From contig MCFE01000549.1 in NCBI GenBank assembly GCA_002104905.1, positions 1 through 59,573 of the forward strand: a stretch of 59,573 nt of DNA, given 5' to 3'. The notes under the pieces were generated by a model. The model made no database searches, had not been told where the DNA came from, and saw only the letters and a program-made list of their open reading frames with translations. Shown in pieces: positions 40,101 to 53,400 of this stretch. Numbering within the stretch: the stretch's first letter is position 1; every line of letters starts with the position of its first letter. The translations under genes and the position numbers were made by a program. The stretch comes from Basidiobolus meristosporus CBS 931.73. Taxonomy: Eukaryota > Fungi > Basidiobolomycota.

Positions 40101-41130
40101 TGCTCCTGAGTCAATCATGATCTTGACAGGTACTCCATTGATTACTCCATTCAAGTATAATAGCTTTCCTGAGTTTGAGGTCATCTGGTATAGTTATTCT
40201 TCTGTCATGTGGAAGGTGAGTTCTGAGTCATCTTCAAGCTCATCCTTCATGTCACTATGCTCCATGGCCTCAATCCGGTTAAAGGTTCTTGATGGCTGGT
40301 GTCCATTTCTTCTCTGAGGGCAGTACTTTGCAATATGTCCCTGCTGGTGGCAATTGAAGCAAAGTCCTTTCTTCTTACATTCTTCTGAGGTAGCATTCTT
40401 CTGCATAGCATCTATTTCCATTGGTACTACTTCTGACTGTCTTCTTTTGTAATGATTGGAGCTTTTCTGATTAGTCACTGTAGGCTTCCCAACTCCAAAC
40501 ATAGCTGAGTCATAGTCAATGGCAATCTTGATGGCTTCTTCTATTGTCTGAGGTCTTTGATAATTCACTTTCGTGCAAGTTCTTTCTTTCAACCCATCAA
40601 TAAAGTATTAAACTTGATCCAAGGGGTTCATTCTTTCAATTTGTCCAAGTAGACATATGTACTCATAGATGTATTCTTGAACCATTCCTTTCTGTCTGAG
40701 TGTCTTTAACTTCCTTCTTTGTAGTGTCTGCTGGTGTGGAGGTTCAAAAGCATCCTGAATTTCCAACACAAACTTATCCCAGGTAGAGATTGTAGAGCAT
40801 CCCATCATAGTGGCTGACCTGATCTTGTGGTGGTACCACTGTAAGGCTGCATCTGCCAGGTAAGAAGCTGCATAATGCAACTTGCTTTCTGGAGCAATTC
40901 CTTTAGCTTTAAAAGCTTCTTCAATCTAGAAGTGCCAAGTTCCCAGGTTTTTAATGACTCTGCCATGGTACTGGTTGACCTTCACACTAAAGTTGCTCTT
41001 AACAGGGCTTTGCTGGTTCTGAGCCATGGTAGTCATTCCTTGTTACTGTTGGCTGAGGATCTGGAATAACTGTTGCTGTTGGGCCAGGTTTTGCTGCATG
41101 GCATTCTTCCATTCTTGATTGTCTGACATC
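37155..41130 (-). pseudogene. Gypsy B gag-pol (gag, PR, RT, RH, integrase to the GPF motif)
   Basis: ORFs 40608-40880, 40194-40592, 37896-40184 and 37138-37965. Confidence 0.92.
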
Positions 41131-41845
41131 TTGAGGGTGGTTTCTTCTTTCTTCAGGAGGGAGGTTTCTGGTTATTGCTGCTACCAATGTTACAAGTCTT
41201 GGTATAAGAGTTGTAGAGGAATAGGGAGTTTAGCTAGTATTGTATTCACTAAAACTTGAACTGATTTTTATTGAGGTTCCAGCAGCTCCTTATATACATT
41301 TTGCCCAATCAATTGCTGACTAATTGTATTTCCTAATGTAGGTTGTGGCTGATGACTCATTTGACTGCATCATCATCACCCAATAAGATCCTACTTAATA
41401 TATCTATATCTGTCTGATAAGGATCTGCTGATTCATTTGCTGACTAATGCTACTGATTTCATAGATAATACTGATATACTGATAACCTAAACATATACCA
41501 ATTGATTTTGACTAAAAACTGATCTAACTTAAACACTCAAGCGGCAGATCATAACAATATACCTGTACAAATTGAAAAAATGGACCTGCTGGATCAAGTT
41601 GAATAATTTACTGATGGGTTTATGAAAAAACTTGCAAGGAAGTGTAATCTTGAAGACCTCAGACTATTGAAGAAGTCATCAAGATTGCCATTGACTATGA
41701 ATCAGCTTTGTTTGCAGGTGGGAAGCCCACATTGACTAATCTGAGACTATAATCACCCTGAAAGACAACAATCAGAAGTAGTGCCAAAGGAAATAGATGC
41801 TATGCAGAAGAATCCTATCTCAGATGAGTGTAAGAAAAACCACTT

Positions 41846-44800
41846 TGTTGTGGTCTTGATGCACTCTGCAACTATTTGAATGGATCTAACTAACCAGTGC
41901 ATCCAGTCACCTTTGATGGCAAATACTTGATGGTGCTCTCAGAGTCTCACTGCAAGTCTCTGATGGCATTACTACAGCAGTATGGTGGCCCACAGCTAGC
42001 TCTGTATAATGCTACTGAACCAACTTACCAAATGGTATATCCTTTTTCTATCTCCCCTTGTGCAATTCATATATTCCACTGTAGAATCACTCCTCCTTAT
42101 TTGCTTACCCACTACTACCTAGGGTATTCCACATGTAGTTGAAATCAAAAAAACTGTAGCCTCCAGCTCACTAACCTCTACAAATACACCCACCTGCTGC
42201 AATTGACATACTTCTATTACCTCAACTTTACAACTATTTAGTGTGATACTTGCAAAGTTGCCATATACCTTGTACTGCTGGTAACATATACATCATGCAA
42301 ACATATGCTTGGTTGCTACCACTATTGCCACAAATACCTCCTATATATCCATAAAGCACCTTTTTGGTACTTAGCCAATATATTCCTTCTCCCTGCTGAG
42401 TTCTAGTCCCCCTTAGAGGTGTGCTCTGGCTTTTGTTTGTGTGAACTGCATACTGAATGGTGTAGAAGTTGGCTTGTGACTAAAAGATACCCAGCATACT
42501 TTGGTAGAGCATTCCCAATAAAATTTAGTGGCTTGTTGCACCCAACCCAACTGTGCCTTACTTAACTGATTACCTGTGCATTGGGGCTGCTAAGCTATTT
42601 AATTCCATATGCATAGATGTCTCCATGTGCACATCTGATTTCAGTATTACCAACCCCTCCTGGCTGTCCTCCATGTACCAACTTTTCATATTCATGATGG
42701 ACTTAAGGGTAATATTCTTGTGAGATTGGGATATGGTAGTATCTGCAACTTGACTTATCTTGCTATCTCCCCACACATCTGCTCCATTGGAAGCTCCCAA
42801 AAGGTGAAGCAAGGCACAATATTCTCCACACACCAAATAAGATGGAGTAATGAATGAATACTGTAGCACAGAGATATACACATTCAGCTTTATATTTGTA
42901 GCATAGTGCCTTGAATCACAACAGCTGTAGATGTGTCAAGTTGGCATGAGTGATCCACTTCTGGATTAATATTCTTACAATGTCCACATATGCCTCCCAA
43001 TGCTTCCAATGTACTCTTGTTGAGAATGGCTTCAGAATGGCACAGGAACAAATATATATCCAGTTGATCCAGTCATTGCATTTGTGTTGTTGCATTTACA
43101 TATTAGTATTGATTGGAGCCTGTGAGTAATACATAGGGTAGCAGATACTCTACAATATCTTGCTAATTCATTCAAATTTCTCTGGTATCTCAAAGGGCTC
43201 ATTTGGCTTGATATGCCCATATACAACTTGGTCATCTGTATAGGGATATTGTTGAAAAGCAAATGCATTGCTCCCAATGGAGAGCTTTTGCTCCAACAGA
43301 TACCCTCTATCTTAAGTACCTCCGGTTTCCAATTGATTCCATGTTCTGGCCAATTCCTTACAGCTTTGAAGCATTGCTTCAATTGCATGCTGACTTCTGT
43401 ACATTCTCTCTGTGGGAATATGCTGTACTTGGTGTTGGTGTTTGGGTAATAATAATGAGTGTGAGTTATAGAGTAAATCCCCTGGATCTCACACATTTAA
43501 CAGCAATATTGTCCATTGTGCTAAGAAAAGCTAGCTTTCTTGCTAAAGGCTGGGGTATCTCCAATGCAGAAAATAATGTGCACTTTACATGGTGGCCACC
43601 TACAGTAATCCTGCTGGAAAGCATTCAAAATTTATCCACCAATGGATACACATAGCTATCCAGGTTAGATGGTGACATACATGCAGGTACCAGTAATACT
43701 ACCCTCAGTTTTTTGCTCTGATACTATAAGATAGGCAGCAGATCTGAGTTTATGAGAATCAGTGGCCAGCAGGATTTGCTGGTAGTGTACCTGTTTAATG
43801 AAGATCCATCAAGTACTAAGGCAATGACATAGTCACACATACCTTCAAAGTATCCATTGCTTCTTAGCTATTTGTAATGTTTGCCATCAAATATATAAGA
43901 TTTGTTTGCGCTTAATTGATACTGAGTGTGGTACTTTATAACTTTGCAATATTTGATGGACTGCATGAGCTTCTTCAAACAGGGTATTACTGTAATGCAT
44001 CTGGAGTGTGAACAATGGTTTCCCTCAATGGTGATGGTTTCTTGACAATTTGGACATGTTGCAATGGTGCCATTTTTGGATGTGAGTGCCATGCAACTGT
44101 TAACACATGCTGCAATCAGGACAGTTTCTGGGTCATATGTTGCCAGCTTCACGACAGTTGTCCACTTGTACCATGTACATGGTAAGTTGCATCCCAGTTT
44201 GATTTTGGCAAGAAGTAGTAGTAAATCCTCAAAGCCCCCATTATTGATATTATTAGAAACATGCACTTCTCTGGCCACAGCATCACATCATTCACCAGTA
44301 GATGAATTACTGAGCTCACTTGTCTCCATACAGTATGCTTGGCATTTGTTTCAAAGGATGTTGGCCCATTGCATACTGAGATTTAACCAGGCTGATGCAT
44401 GGTACTGTTGTTAGTGGAGATAGACTCACAATCCATCAGTGAGCCTTCCATGTTGGAGCTATCACTCTGCATGCCATACTCAGAAGGCTAAGGTGAGCAT
44501 GAAGGCATTACAAACTCACCTGACTTAGTTTGCACAAGGTAACAAAAAAGGTCAGGTGCTGCTATAGAAGTATCAACTGGCCAGCAAGCTAACATTGGTA
44601 TGGTAGTGACTGATGAATGGTCAAATATGACGTGTGTGGCAAAACACTGTCCACAATCCTTGTAGTACTTCCAATGCTGTTTGCATGCTTCATGGCTGAG
44701 AGGATTGCTACAGTAGCTACATGGTCTTTTTCTCTTCCCTTACAGTGTAGAATCAGAGTAGTCTTGTCTATGAAGCAAAAAGTTTTACCTTCAACAACGT

Positions 44801-47466
44801 AAAACTATTATATCACTCTTTGTTCTATAAACATGTCATTCTGAGAAAGTCTTGTATTTGAGATATTACACCTACATGAATGTAAGATTCAATGCTGACC
44901 TGCCATATTATGCAATAAAGATATAGTTGTGGCTCCACATACCCACATATATGTAATACTACTTCCCCTTTGGTTTGACTCACTTCCATTGTAAATAAAG
45001 TTGTGGCACCACATACACATGAAGATGTAACACTATTTCCCCTTTGGTTTGTCTCACTTCCATATATATATGCTGCCAAAAAATAAAGCAAAGTTGTCTG
45101 GTTTCCAACAAGCCCCACAACTGATGGCATCAGAAGAATGGTTGGACAACAGCTTGCTTTGATATTCTGTGTAATAAGCAGGGTTACATCCAAAAAATGC
45201 CATGCTGACAGTTTGCTCACTGAAGGTAATAATGCAGACTCCTCAGGCCCTCAGTCAAGTAGGCAATTGAGAACCTCTGTGGAGTTGCAAGCTGACCATT
45301 ATGCCCAGGCAGATGAGAGTATAGCCAATGCAGTACCCTCAGTTGAAGACCAGCGGGTAGCGGTCATAACATCACCACCATCCATATTATCAAGCATTTT
45401 GTCAGCTCTTATCAAAGCATTAATGAAGCAATTAGGTGCAGTGGCTGATAGGATAGATTCAATGGCCTAGAAAAATCAGGAAATAGTTCAGAAGCAGGAT
45501 GAGCAGGTTAACAGTGTAGAGTAATCAATATCCTGGATAGTGAAAGCTGTATCTTTGCTGCAAAGAAGGAGCCCAAGTAGCTCAGTGTCATAGCCAAGAA
45601 TTGAGCCATTTCCAAATATAACAGCAGAGGAATACTGCACAGCTTTGAAGCACAACAATAATGCCCAAAGACAAAGCCCACAGAAAAGCCTATCACAGCA
45701 TGAGAGGGAGACAATGTAGTATGTATACCAAAGCCTAAAAATCAATAGACATTAAAAATCTGTGAAGCTGGTGAATGTAATAATGAAGTGTGGGCTAATA
45801 TTCAAGAGGTGGTTAGAAGTCTAGCACACCATCACCTTTGGGCCAGCATAACATGGGACCATCAGGAACTCAAGGCCAAGCAGAATGTGCTGGACTTGTT
45901 CCATGAGGACTGGCGTGGATACCAATATGCAAACGGATTTTGAGTCAGCATTGGTATGCTAAGAAAGTATCTTAAGAATAGCAGAAACCGTCAAAGGCAG
46001 AGGAACAAGGGTGCCATGGCTAAAACCAGCAGCTTCCTCAAGATCCTGTTATAAGCAGGGCCAAAAGCCCCAAACAAGCATCAAAGAGATTTCAGGTAAC
46101 CGGAAGAGTGCCAATAAGGCACTAGTAGGCAGACATATATGCACCAGCACAACATTTATGAAGGAAAAAGTGTAGTTATATTCAAGAGGTGCACAGTCAA
46201 TGTAGCAGTGAAGGACCTGCCAGTGATAGGAACCAGTGGTCTGCTCAGGAGCCAGTCACAACTATGGCTGGTAGCTTGAAACAAGTAAAAAGGACACATC
46301 AGATTGCCAGAAGAGTGTCAGCTAAGGACAAGCAGGTCAAAATAAGTGTATCTGAGCAGCATTTGTCAAGGGGAAAATGTATTTCAATACAAGAAAAACT
46401 CAGACAAAGTAACAGTGAAAGACCTTACAGTGATAAAGAAAAAGGTCAGGGGAAAAATGTCTACCCAAGCCTGAGACAGGGAAGCATGCAAAAAAACTGC
46501 AGTTCTTGTCAATTAATGCCACAAGCCCAGAACAGATTGAGTCCCATTGTAGCTAAGAGGAATTACCATCAAGAAAACAGCTGTTTTCACAAGATTTAGA
46601 AGCGCAGGCAGCTGGGCTACACTCCAGCAAGGTAGATGAGTTTGTAGAGAAAGGCATCTTATCTACCACAGCCTCCTTGTCCTCCATTGTTGGCATAGCA
46701 GAGATCCCACCAACAGATAAGGCTACGATGTCATGAACTCAAAACACTATCACAATTCCTTCACTAGAATCTTAGAACATTAATAGGTACACCAAGAGGT
46801 TGCAGTACTTCTTCAAGAGCAGTGCTCAAGAAAACACACTTGAATATTGCAAGGATTTATTGGAAAGACTGGCAGATGAGGTGATAGACCTTCCAGTGCT
46901 GGCTGAAGACCAGGATGTGTAGGAACCAATGAATGAACACTGGTATAAAGCCATTGGGTTCCCGCCTAAGTCATGAAAACAGAGTGTTACAGCAGAAATA
47001 CTTATTGAGTGGTCAATTTTAATGGGGTCACTTGTTGAGTGTGGGGTTGTGCTTAATGTTAGTGTAGGGTATAGGGACTTGTATAGACCAATACAATTGG
47101 CAATTGAGGTACAAATGAAGTTTCAATGAAAATAAATCCATTTGTACAAATGAGAACTAAGAGAAGCAGTTGAGTCAGGAAGTATGGTGTGCTAAAAAGA
47201 GGCAATAGCCAATCAATGTACACAAATGTAGGAGGTGATTGAGCGTCTGGGATTGGAATGTGAGAATATTGGCAGGGAACCAATCAAAGGCCACATATAC
47301 ATTGATGTGATTAGGAATTTTGATAAAGTGTATTGTGAAATCTGAGGAGTAATTATTTTTGAATAGTCTCTATGCAATGTCCTGATGCAATCAGAACCTC
47401 TTAGTCACAGGACTTTGAGTCTATGACAGCCTTTTGACAGGATCTTCACAACAATTTTACATAGGG
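41846..47466. mobile_element. EnSpm copy E5 (transposase-side end missing); transposase on minus, ORF2 on plus
   Basis: Right end ...TTTTACATAGGG followed by AT and Gypsy C pol; fragments 42570-44278(-) and 45138-46599(+). Confidence 0.8.
44915..45062. repeat. ~75-bp imperfect tandem duplication in the E5 inter-ORF region
   Basis: Two copies of AGTTGTGGC...CCCCTTTGGTTTG(A/T)CTCACTTCCA. Confidence 0.7.
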
Positions 47467-50133
47467 ATTCCTCTACTCCAGCACCCCAGAAGGTCAGACT
47501 CTTTTGACAGAATATTGAAGTATATTTCTAAATGAACTTGTAAGCCCACCACCAGTCAGAGATGTGGGTCATGCCATTGACACAGGAGATAGCCCTCCAG
47601 TGAGTAAGATGCCTCACAGATTGAGTCTTCTGGAGTTGGAAGAGATGAAGAGACAAATAGAGTGGTTTTTGGAGCTAGAATACATCAGGCCCAGCAAGTC
47701 ACCTTGGGGAGCACCAATACCTTTTGTGAAAAAGAAGGATGGAATACCTAGGAAGTGCATTTACAACAGAGCCCTCAACTCAGTAAATGTGAAGTATACA
47801 TACCCCATACCTTTGATTGATGAGCTTTTGGACCAACTCAATGGAGCCATCATATTCAGCAAGATTGACCTCATGTCAGGATACAACCCAATTAAGGTGA
47901 AACTAGCAGACATCCCTAAGACAGCTTTCAGAGCCAGATATAGACATTACAAGTACTTAGTCACAAGTCTAAGCCTTACTAATACCCCAGGAAAATTCAT
48001 GACCTTGATGCAAACAGTCTTCCAAGAGCGCTTAGACAAGTTTGTGGTAATCTACCTAGATGACATATTGATACTCAGCAAGCCAGAAGAGGAACACTTG
48101 GTGCACATTGAAACAGTCTTGAAGGAGCTAAGAGAGAACAAGCTGTATGGCAAGCTAGCAAAGTGTTAATTCTTGAAGGAACCCATTAAATACCGGGAAC
48201 TTATGGTGACTAGCACAGGAGTGATCTTAGACCTTAATAAGGTTGAAGTCATCAAGAATACAAAGCAGCCCCATAACATATCAGAACCCAGATCACTCCT
48301 TGGAATGGTTTCCTTTTATTGAAGACTTGTCAAGTCCTTTGCAAGTATTGCAGCCCCTTTGACAGATATTCTCAAGAAAGACAACACCTTGAAGTGAGAT
48401 ATAGCCTGTGAAACTACCCCTCAGATGCTTAAGAATGAACTTGCTAATCTGCCAAGCTTACCAATACCTGACCTCAGAAAAGAGTCTACTCTGTGCACAG
48501 ATGCTTCAAACTATGCAATTAGTGGAGTATTAAACCAAGAACATGTGGGAAAGGACTTTCTAGCTGCTTTTGAGTCCAAGAAACTGAACCTGGCAGAGCA
48601 AAGCTTTCCGGTGCATGAGAAGGAGATGCTTGCCATAATGCACTGCTTAAAGACCTGGAGATGCTACAATGAAGGAGTCATATGTACTATAAAGACTAAT
48701 CATGCATCACTAATGTTTATATTTAGTCAAAGAGTGCTCTCCAGAAGAATGGCAAGATGAAGTGAATACATTCAGCAATTTGACTTGGAGATTGTCTGCT
48801 GCCCTGACAAAGACAACATAGTTGCTGAAGCCTTATCAAGACCAGAACAAGTCACACAACTCAACTTGGTGCATCAATCTAATTGCCTAGCTTATTACCA
48901 AAGTATTTGGAGGACCAAGCTATTCCTGGTGAAGTGGATGAAGAGATCAAGAAGGTAATCAAGGATAAAGCCAGCAAACTTGTAGTACAAGAAGAAACAC
49001 TCTACCAAATTGTTAATGGAAGCTGCATTGTCTATTGCCCTCATTAATACATAAGCTAAATAATGAATATGGACATCTTGGAATTGAACAAACCTATAGC
49101 CTTGTGAAAGCCAGAGCATGGTGGCCCAGAATGAAACAAGATATGGAGAAGCTAGTAAAAGCATGCCTAAATTGGCAAATTATCCAAGGCCAACCACAAA
49201 GATTTGCTGAAATATTTCCCCTGGAGCATGTAGATAATTTGAGAGATGAGGAATCAACCTTGTTGGAAGTCTGACAACCACTAGGAAATGCAACTGTTGG
49301 ATCCTAGTAGCAATTGGCCCAGCCACTAAATGGCCAGTGGTTAAAGCTGTACCTGTAGCCAGTGAACAAGCAATTGGAAGTTTCATCTTCCAAAAGATCC
49401 ATATGAAACTTAGATGCCCTGTAGGGATTTTATCCAATAGAGGAGCAAACTCTACAGCCTAGGCATTGGATGCTCACCTGGAAATGCAGCAGATCAAACA
49501 CTTGAAAATCTTGCATATCACCCTACAGCTATTGGAGTCACTGAGTGGTTTAATGGATTATTTGGAAAAATGCCAACCAAGTATACAAATGGAGCTGTCA
49601 GTATATGAGATGGGTATACAGACCATGCACTTTTTGCCTGTAGAGTTAGAGCACACAACACCACGTAACAACTGCCATTTTACTTAGGAAATGGATTTGA
49701 TGTGAGGAAATTCAGGGAACTGTTTTAACTTTGGTAGGGGAAAGTTTTATGATTGGCCACATGAGTAGTTAAGCTAGATTAGCCTCTAGTCAAATCAATT
49801 AGGCTTATGCTTTGCCTATCAGTATGTCAGTGTTATTTATTTTAAATATCAGTAGTATGAGTTAGCAGATGAATCAGCAGATTTGTATCATACAGAAATA
49901 GATATATTAAGTAGGATCTATCTGGGTAATGATGATGCAATCAAATGAGTCATCAGCCACAACCTGCATTAGGAAATACAATATATTAGCAACTGATCTG
50001 GCAAAAAGTATGTAAGGAGCTGCTGGAACCACAATGAAAATCAGTTTAAGTTTTAGTGAATACAATACTAGCTAAGCTCCTAATTCCTCTACAACTCATA
50101 TATTAAGATTTGTAACATCCATAATGAGGATGT

Positions 50134-50262
50134 TGTGGTTGGGCAATCATACCTCCCACAGACAGGTCTATTCATATAGCTATTGCAATGCACTTATTCA
50201 AGTTTTATCATGGTTGTATTATCCCATTTTTCTTTACGCAAATAAAGTTCTCCATAGAGAGA
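50134..50262 (+). repeat. 5' fragment of a CpG-target family LTR
   Basis: TGTGGTTGGGCAATCATACCTCCCACAGACA resembles the start of 54026; preceded by ATGT. Confidence 0.75.
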
Positions 50263-50264
50263 GC

Positions 50265-51455
50265 TACCCAAACTTTGACCCTAAGACAGTCCAAGTATAT
50301 TCAAGATATACTAAAGTACTAAATGGAAGACTGTAAACTGGCAGCTGCTCCAATGGTGGCTAATCTTAACTGGGTCTAAGTTTAGCCAAATCCAGAGGGC
50401 TTGGTGCCATCCAAAAGCCATAACTTTCTTTATCAATCTATGGCTGGTGGTTGGATGTTTATCATGCTTTAAACATGCTGCAATATCTCATATTCAATGG
50501 GAATTGTGAGCCAGCACAATTAGAGCTATGGATCTGATCATATTGCAGTATTTAAGCAGATTTTCAGATATTGGACCAGAACCGCTATTATTTGCTCAAG
50601 GTAGACCTACTAGGACCCAGAACAAGATCTTGTGGGGTACTCTGATGCTGGCTGGGGACAAAACTCAGAAATAAAAGATCTGCCACAGGATTCACCTTTC
50701 TAAACTGTAAAGAAACAATTTTATGGAATTCAGGAACACAATCAACCATAGCACTTTCTACCACAGCAGCAGAGTATAGGGCACCCTGTGAAGCTACAAG
50801 TGAAGCAATGAGGTAAAGGAAGCTTCTTAAAGATTTATGCCTATATCTAAAAGCACCCACTATTTTATTTAACATAATCAAGGATGTATATAATTAGGTA
50901 GAAATACAACTTTTCATGCCAGAGTTAAGCACAAAGATATTAACCTCATTTCATATGCAAATCCATAGAGAATAACTTGGTTACCTTAGTTTACTGTCCT
51001 ACAGATGATATGATTGCCAACATAGTTACTCAGCCATTAGGTAGTGACAAACTTAATTATATTAGGTCAAAGTTAGGACCAGTCAGTATAAAATTCAATT
51101 GAGTGGGAGTGATGTAAAGATTTGTAATTCCATCTGAATATTCATCTACCTTAGTTACCTAAATCTTTGCCTACAAATCTTAAAGAATACTGCCTAAACT
51201 CCTTGGTGTTATATACTTGAATATTCTCACCAAAATATCAGGCACACAGTACATGAAAATTCTTAAAGTTGTCTAAATAGTCCAAAACTTTGCACACATG
51301 CTCGTGGGATATTTTAAGCCTATTATATGTGTTTGTTTTGCCAAGACCATGTGAAGTATAAGCACCACTTTGACATTCAATAAGTCATCAAGTAAAAACT
51401 ACATAACTTGCCTGTCCTCCCAATTTCTTCCAATATCTCAAAGACTCTTACAACA
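50265..51455 (+). mobile_element. Copia 3' fragment: RT end, RNase H, PPT GAGTGGGAG, 3' LTR 51110-51455
   Basis: GYSDAGWG, ALSTTAAEY; LTR homologous to 24486-24833. Confidence 0.85.
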
Positions 51456-51804
51456 CTTAGAGGGTCAGTGTGTGGCTTTCTGTGGTAATGGAAAGTATTC
51501 CATTACTACAATATCTCTAAACCAATATTGCACTCATTTCTTTATTTTGCTTTTTGCTATTGTAACACGCAAGTGAAAGATCAAGAATTTCCAACTTTGA
51601 TGAACAAATGCTCCAGACCCTGACAAGCAATCCACCAAAGAATATTATGTCATACAGAACACGTAGTAGCCAACACATGTTTCAATCACAGCTCATTTGA
51701 AGCAGTACTTAAGGAGTTATGACCAAAAGAGTCCAACTATTATATATACTGTGCCTTATTGCTAGGATTACTATTGTGACTTTGATTGTGTGTAACATTT
51801 GAAC

Positions 51805-51910
51805 CAGCCAATCAAATCACGTGATATTTTCACAGGTGCTGTGCCTATGTCTGATCTGCGCCACTGCAAAATTTTAGCTTTGTATCACGTGTATTGCTTG
51901 CGCAATCGCC
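51805..51910. promoter_or_regulatory. Small CpG-retaining, promoter-like patch (CCAAT, two ATCACGTG, TTGCGCAA)
   Basis: Motifs at 51808, 51816-51825, 51884-51891 and 51898-51905; function not shown. Confidence 0.3.
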
Positions 51911-52156
51911 CAAAAACTTTGATCCTTCAAGATTTTCATATATATGACTTCCCCAGCTGAAAAATAAAGAGAGAGCCTCTCTTTCCAGAATCTCCACACT
52001 ACAATTACAAGTTTAAAGGTTATAAGACTTCCCCTGCATCACTTGCACTGTTGAGTATTCTGACTTTGATCAGTACTACATCAGTAAAGAGACTGCAAAG
52101 CCCACAAGAATCCAATCTAAGTTCTACAAGAAACTACCACTTTTCTGTCGGAAAAG

Positions 52157-52422
52157 TCCCCTCTAAGAAGCCCCTTTACTCTAAAGACACCCCTTTAGAC
52201 ACCCCTTTAGTCTAAAGACCCCTTTAGAGACCCCTTTAAGAAACCCCTTTAAGAAACCCCTTTACTCTAAAGAAGCCCCTTTAGGCACCCCTTTAGTGTA
52301 AAGTCCACTTTAGAGACCACTACAAGAAGCCCCTTTACTCTAAAGATACCCCTTTAGACACCCCTTTAGGTCTAAAGACCCCTTTAGAGACTTCTACAAC
52401 ACACCCCCTTAGGTTAAAGGGG
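52157..52422. repeat. Minisatellite with 13 CCCCTTTA cores and a higher-order ~68-bp duplication
   Basis: Direct count; 52165-52232 resembles 52324-52391. Confidence 0.9.
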
Positions 52423-52729
52423 AGTTCAGAATTTCCATATTAGGAAATATTTTCTCAGAAAGGAAAGTGACTTCCAAATAAGGAAAAGTCACTATAAAAG
52501 TAAATAAGCCCATTAGTCAACAGAAGGTCAGAACACTGCTGTAGAAGTGATAAACACTGCCTACAGTATATTTTGAGCCTTAGATTGAGGAAATTAGTGA
52601 AAGTTATATCTTCTATTGGTATATCAAACTCCCAATAAATTATTTCAGTATTAGCATACTGGAAGTTGTTGTATATTGTTGATTAGCCTCTACATTGTAG
52701 AACAAGCCCCAAACTAATCATAATACAAC

Positions 52730-52820
52730 ACAACATTTCTCACTGCTTTCAAGTTTTACCTGGATAGTTTCTTCTCCAATTGTGTTAAGTGTTCTATTGT
52801 CACCAATGAGAACTGCCATG
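52730..52820 (-). pseudogene. Copia protease-region fragment
   Basis: VLIGDNRTLNTIGEETIQVKL resembles VFMSDNRTLDAVGEGTIQVNL at ~32230-32290. Confidence 0.6.
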
Positions 52821-52829
52821 ATCACATGG

Positions 52830-53400
52830 CATCCTTGATCTTACATGATCCAGCCAATCAAGTTGGTAAAGAAGTTGCAATTCCTTCTAGAAGTTTTACT
52901 TTATTCTAGCAACTTCTTGAAAGCTCCAGTCAACATCCACAATGATATATTATGTGGAACCTTCCCATTGGATTTGTGTAGCTCAATACCGTATAGGGTT
53001 TTTGTATGGCACATGGCCTATCCACAGGATCAGTAGACCCCTGTCATATCCCTGTGTGATATTCTAGTCTGTTCTTTAGTATATTTCTATCTTGTCACTC
53101 ACCATACCTCACCCAGAGCTCCATTAGTAGCAGCCAATATATCTTGGCATCCATATTGCCAAAAGTGTATATAGTCCTATTTCCCCTTGAATATTCCTCA
53201 GTCCAATAGACATATACTCTGCATATACAGGGTTATCTAGGAATCTGCCTTGCCTTGTTGATCCACACCTAAGTCTTTTCCTTGTCCTGCTTTGCCAAGG
53301 TATACTCTGCTGTGTTGTGTCTATTCATAACAGTTTTACCAGACTGCTTCTGACTTGCCTGTGGATCTCTGCCTTCTACCTTTAGTTCTTGAAAAGTATT
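52830..53400 (-). pseudogene. Possible non-LTR (LINE) RT remnant
   Basis: Weak motif only: GNRTIYTFGNMDAKIY resembles NWRPI-L-NTDAKI. Confidence 0.2.

Larger units (their letters stand above)
36547..41556 (-). mobile_element. Ty3/Gypsy copy B, chimeric at its 3' end
   Basis: LTRs 41188-41556 and 36547-36914; TSD ATAT at 36543-36546 and 41557-41560; no PPT. Confidence 0.92.
36002..50117 (+). mobile_element. Older Gypsy relative C (pieces 36002-36546, 41557-41840, 47467-50117), host of Gypsy B and EnSpm E5
   Basis: Degenerate gag, RT, RH and INT colinear with copy A; PPT GGTAGGGGAAAG and 3' LTR 49745-50117; 5' LTR not recognisable. Confidence 0.8.

Noticed and set aside
25376-41556. Gypsy A and B as one inverted segmental duplication
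   Set aside because: They have different hosts and different TSDs (TAGG versus ATAT), so they are independent insertions; only the 240-bp flank and part of the LTR are shared.
51816-51891. Budding-yeast point-centromere CDEI (TCACGTG)
   Set aside because: No AT-rich CDEII or CDEIII follows, and the genome type does not fit.
52157-52422. Interstitial telomeric repeat
   Set aside because: The core is CCCCTTTA, not CCCTAA or CCCTAAA, and the units are irregularly spaced.
52157-52422. CRISPR-like repeat-spacer array
   Set aside because: Repeats are only 8 bp with 4-11 bp non-unique spacers; no cas genes; eukaryotic context.
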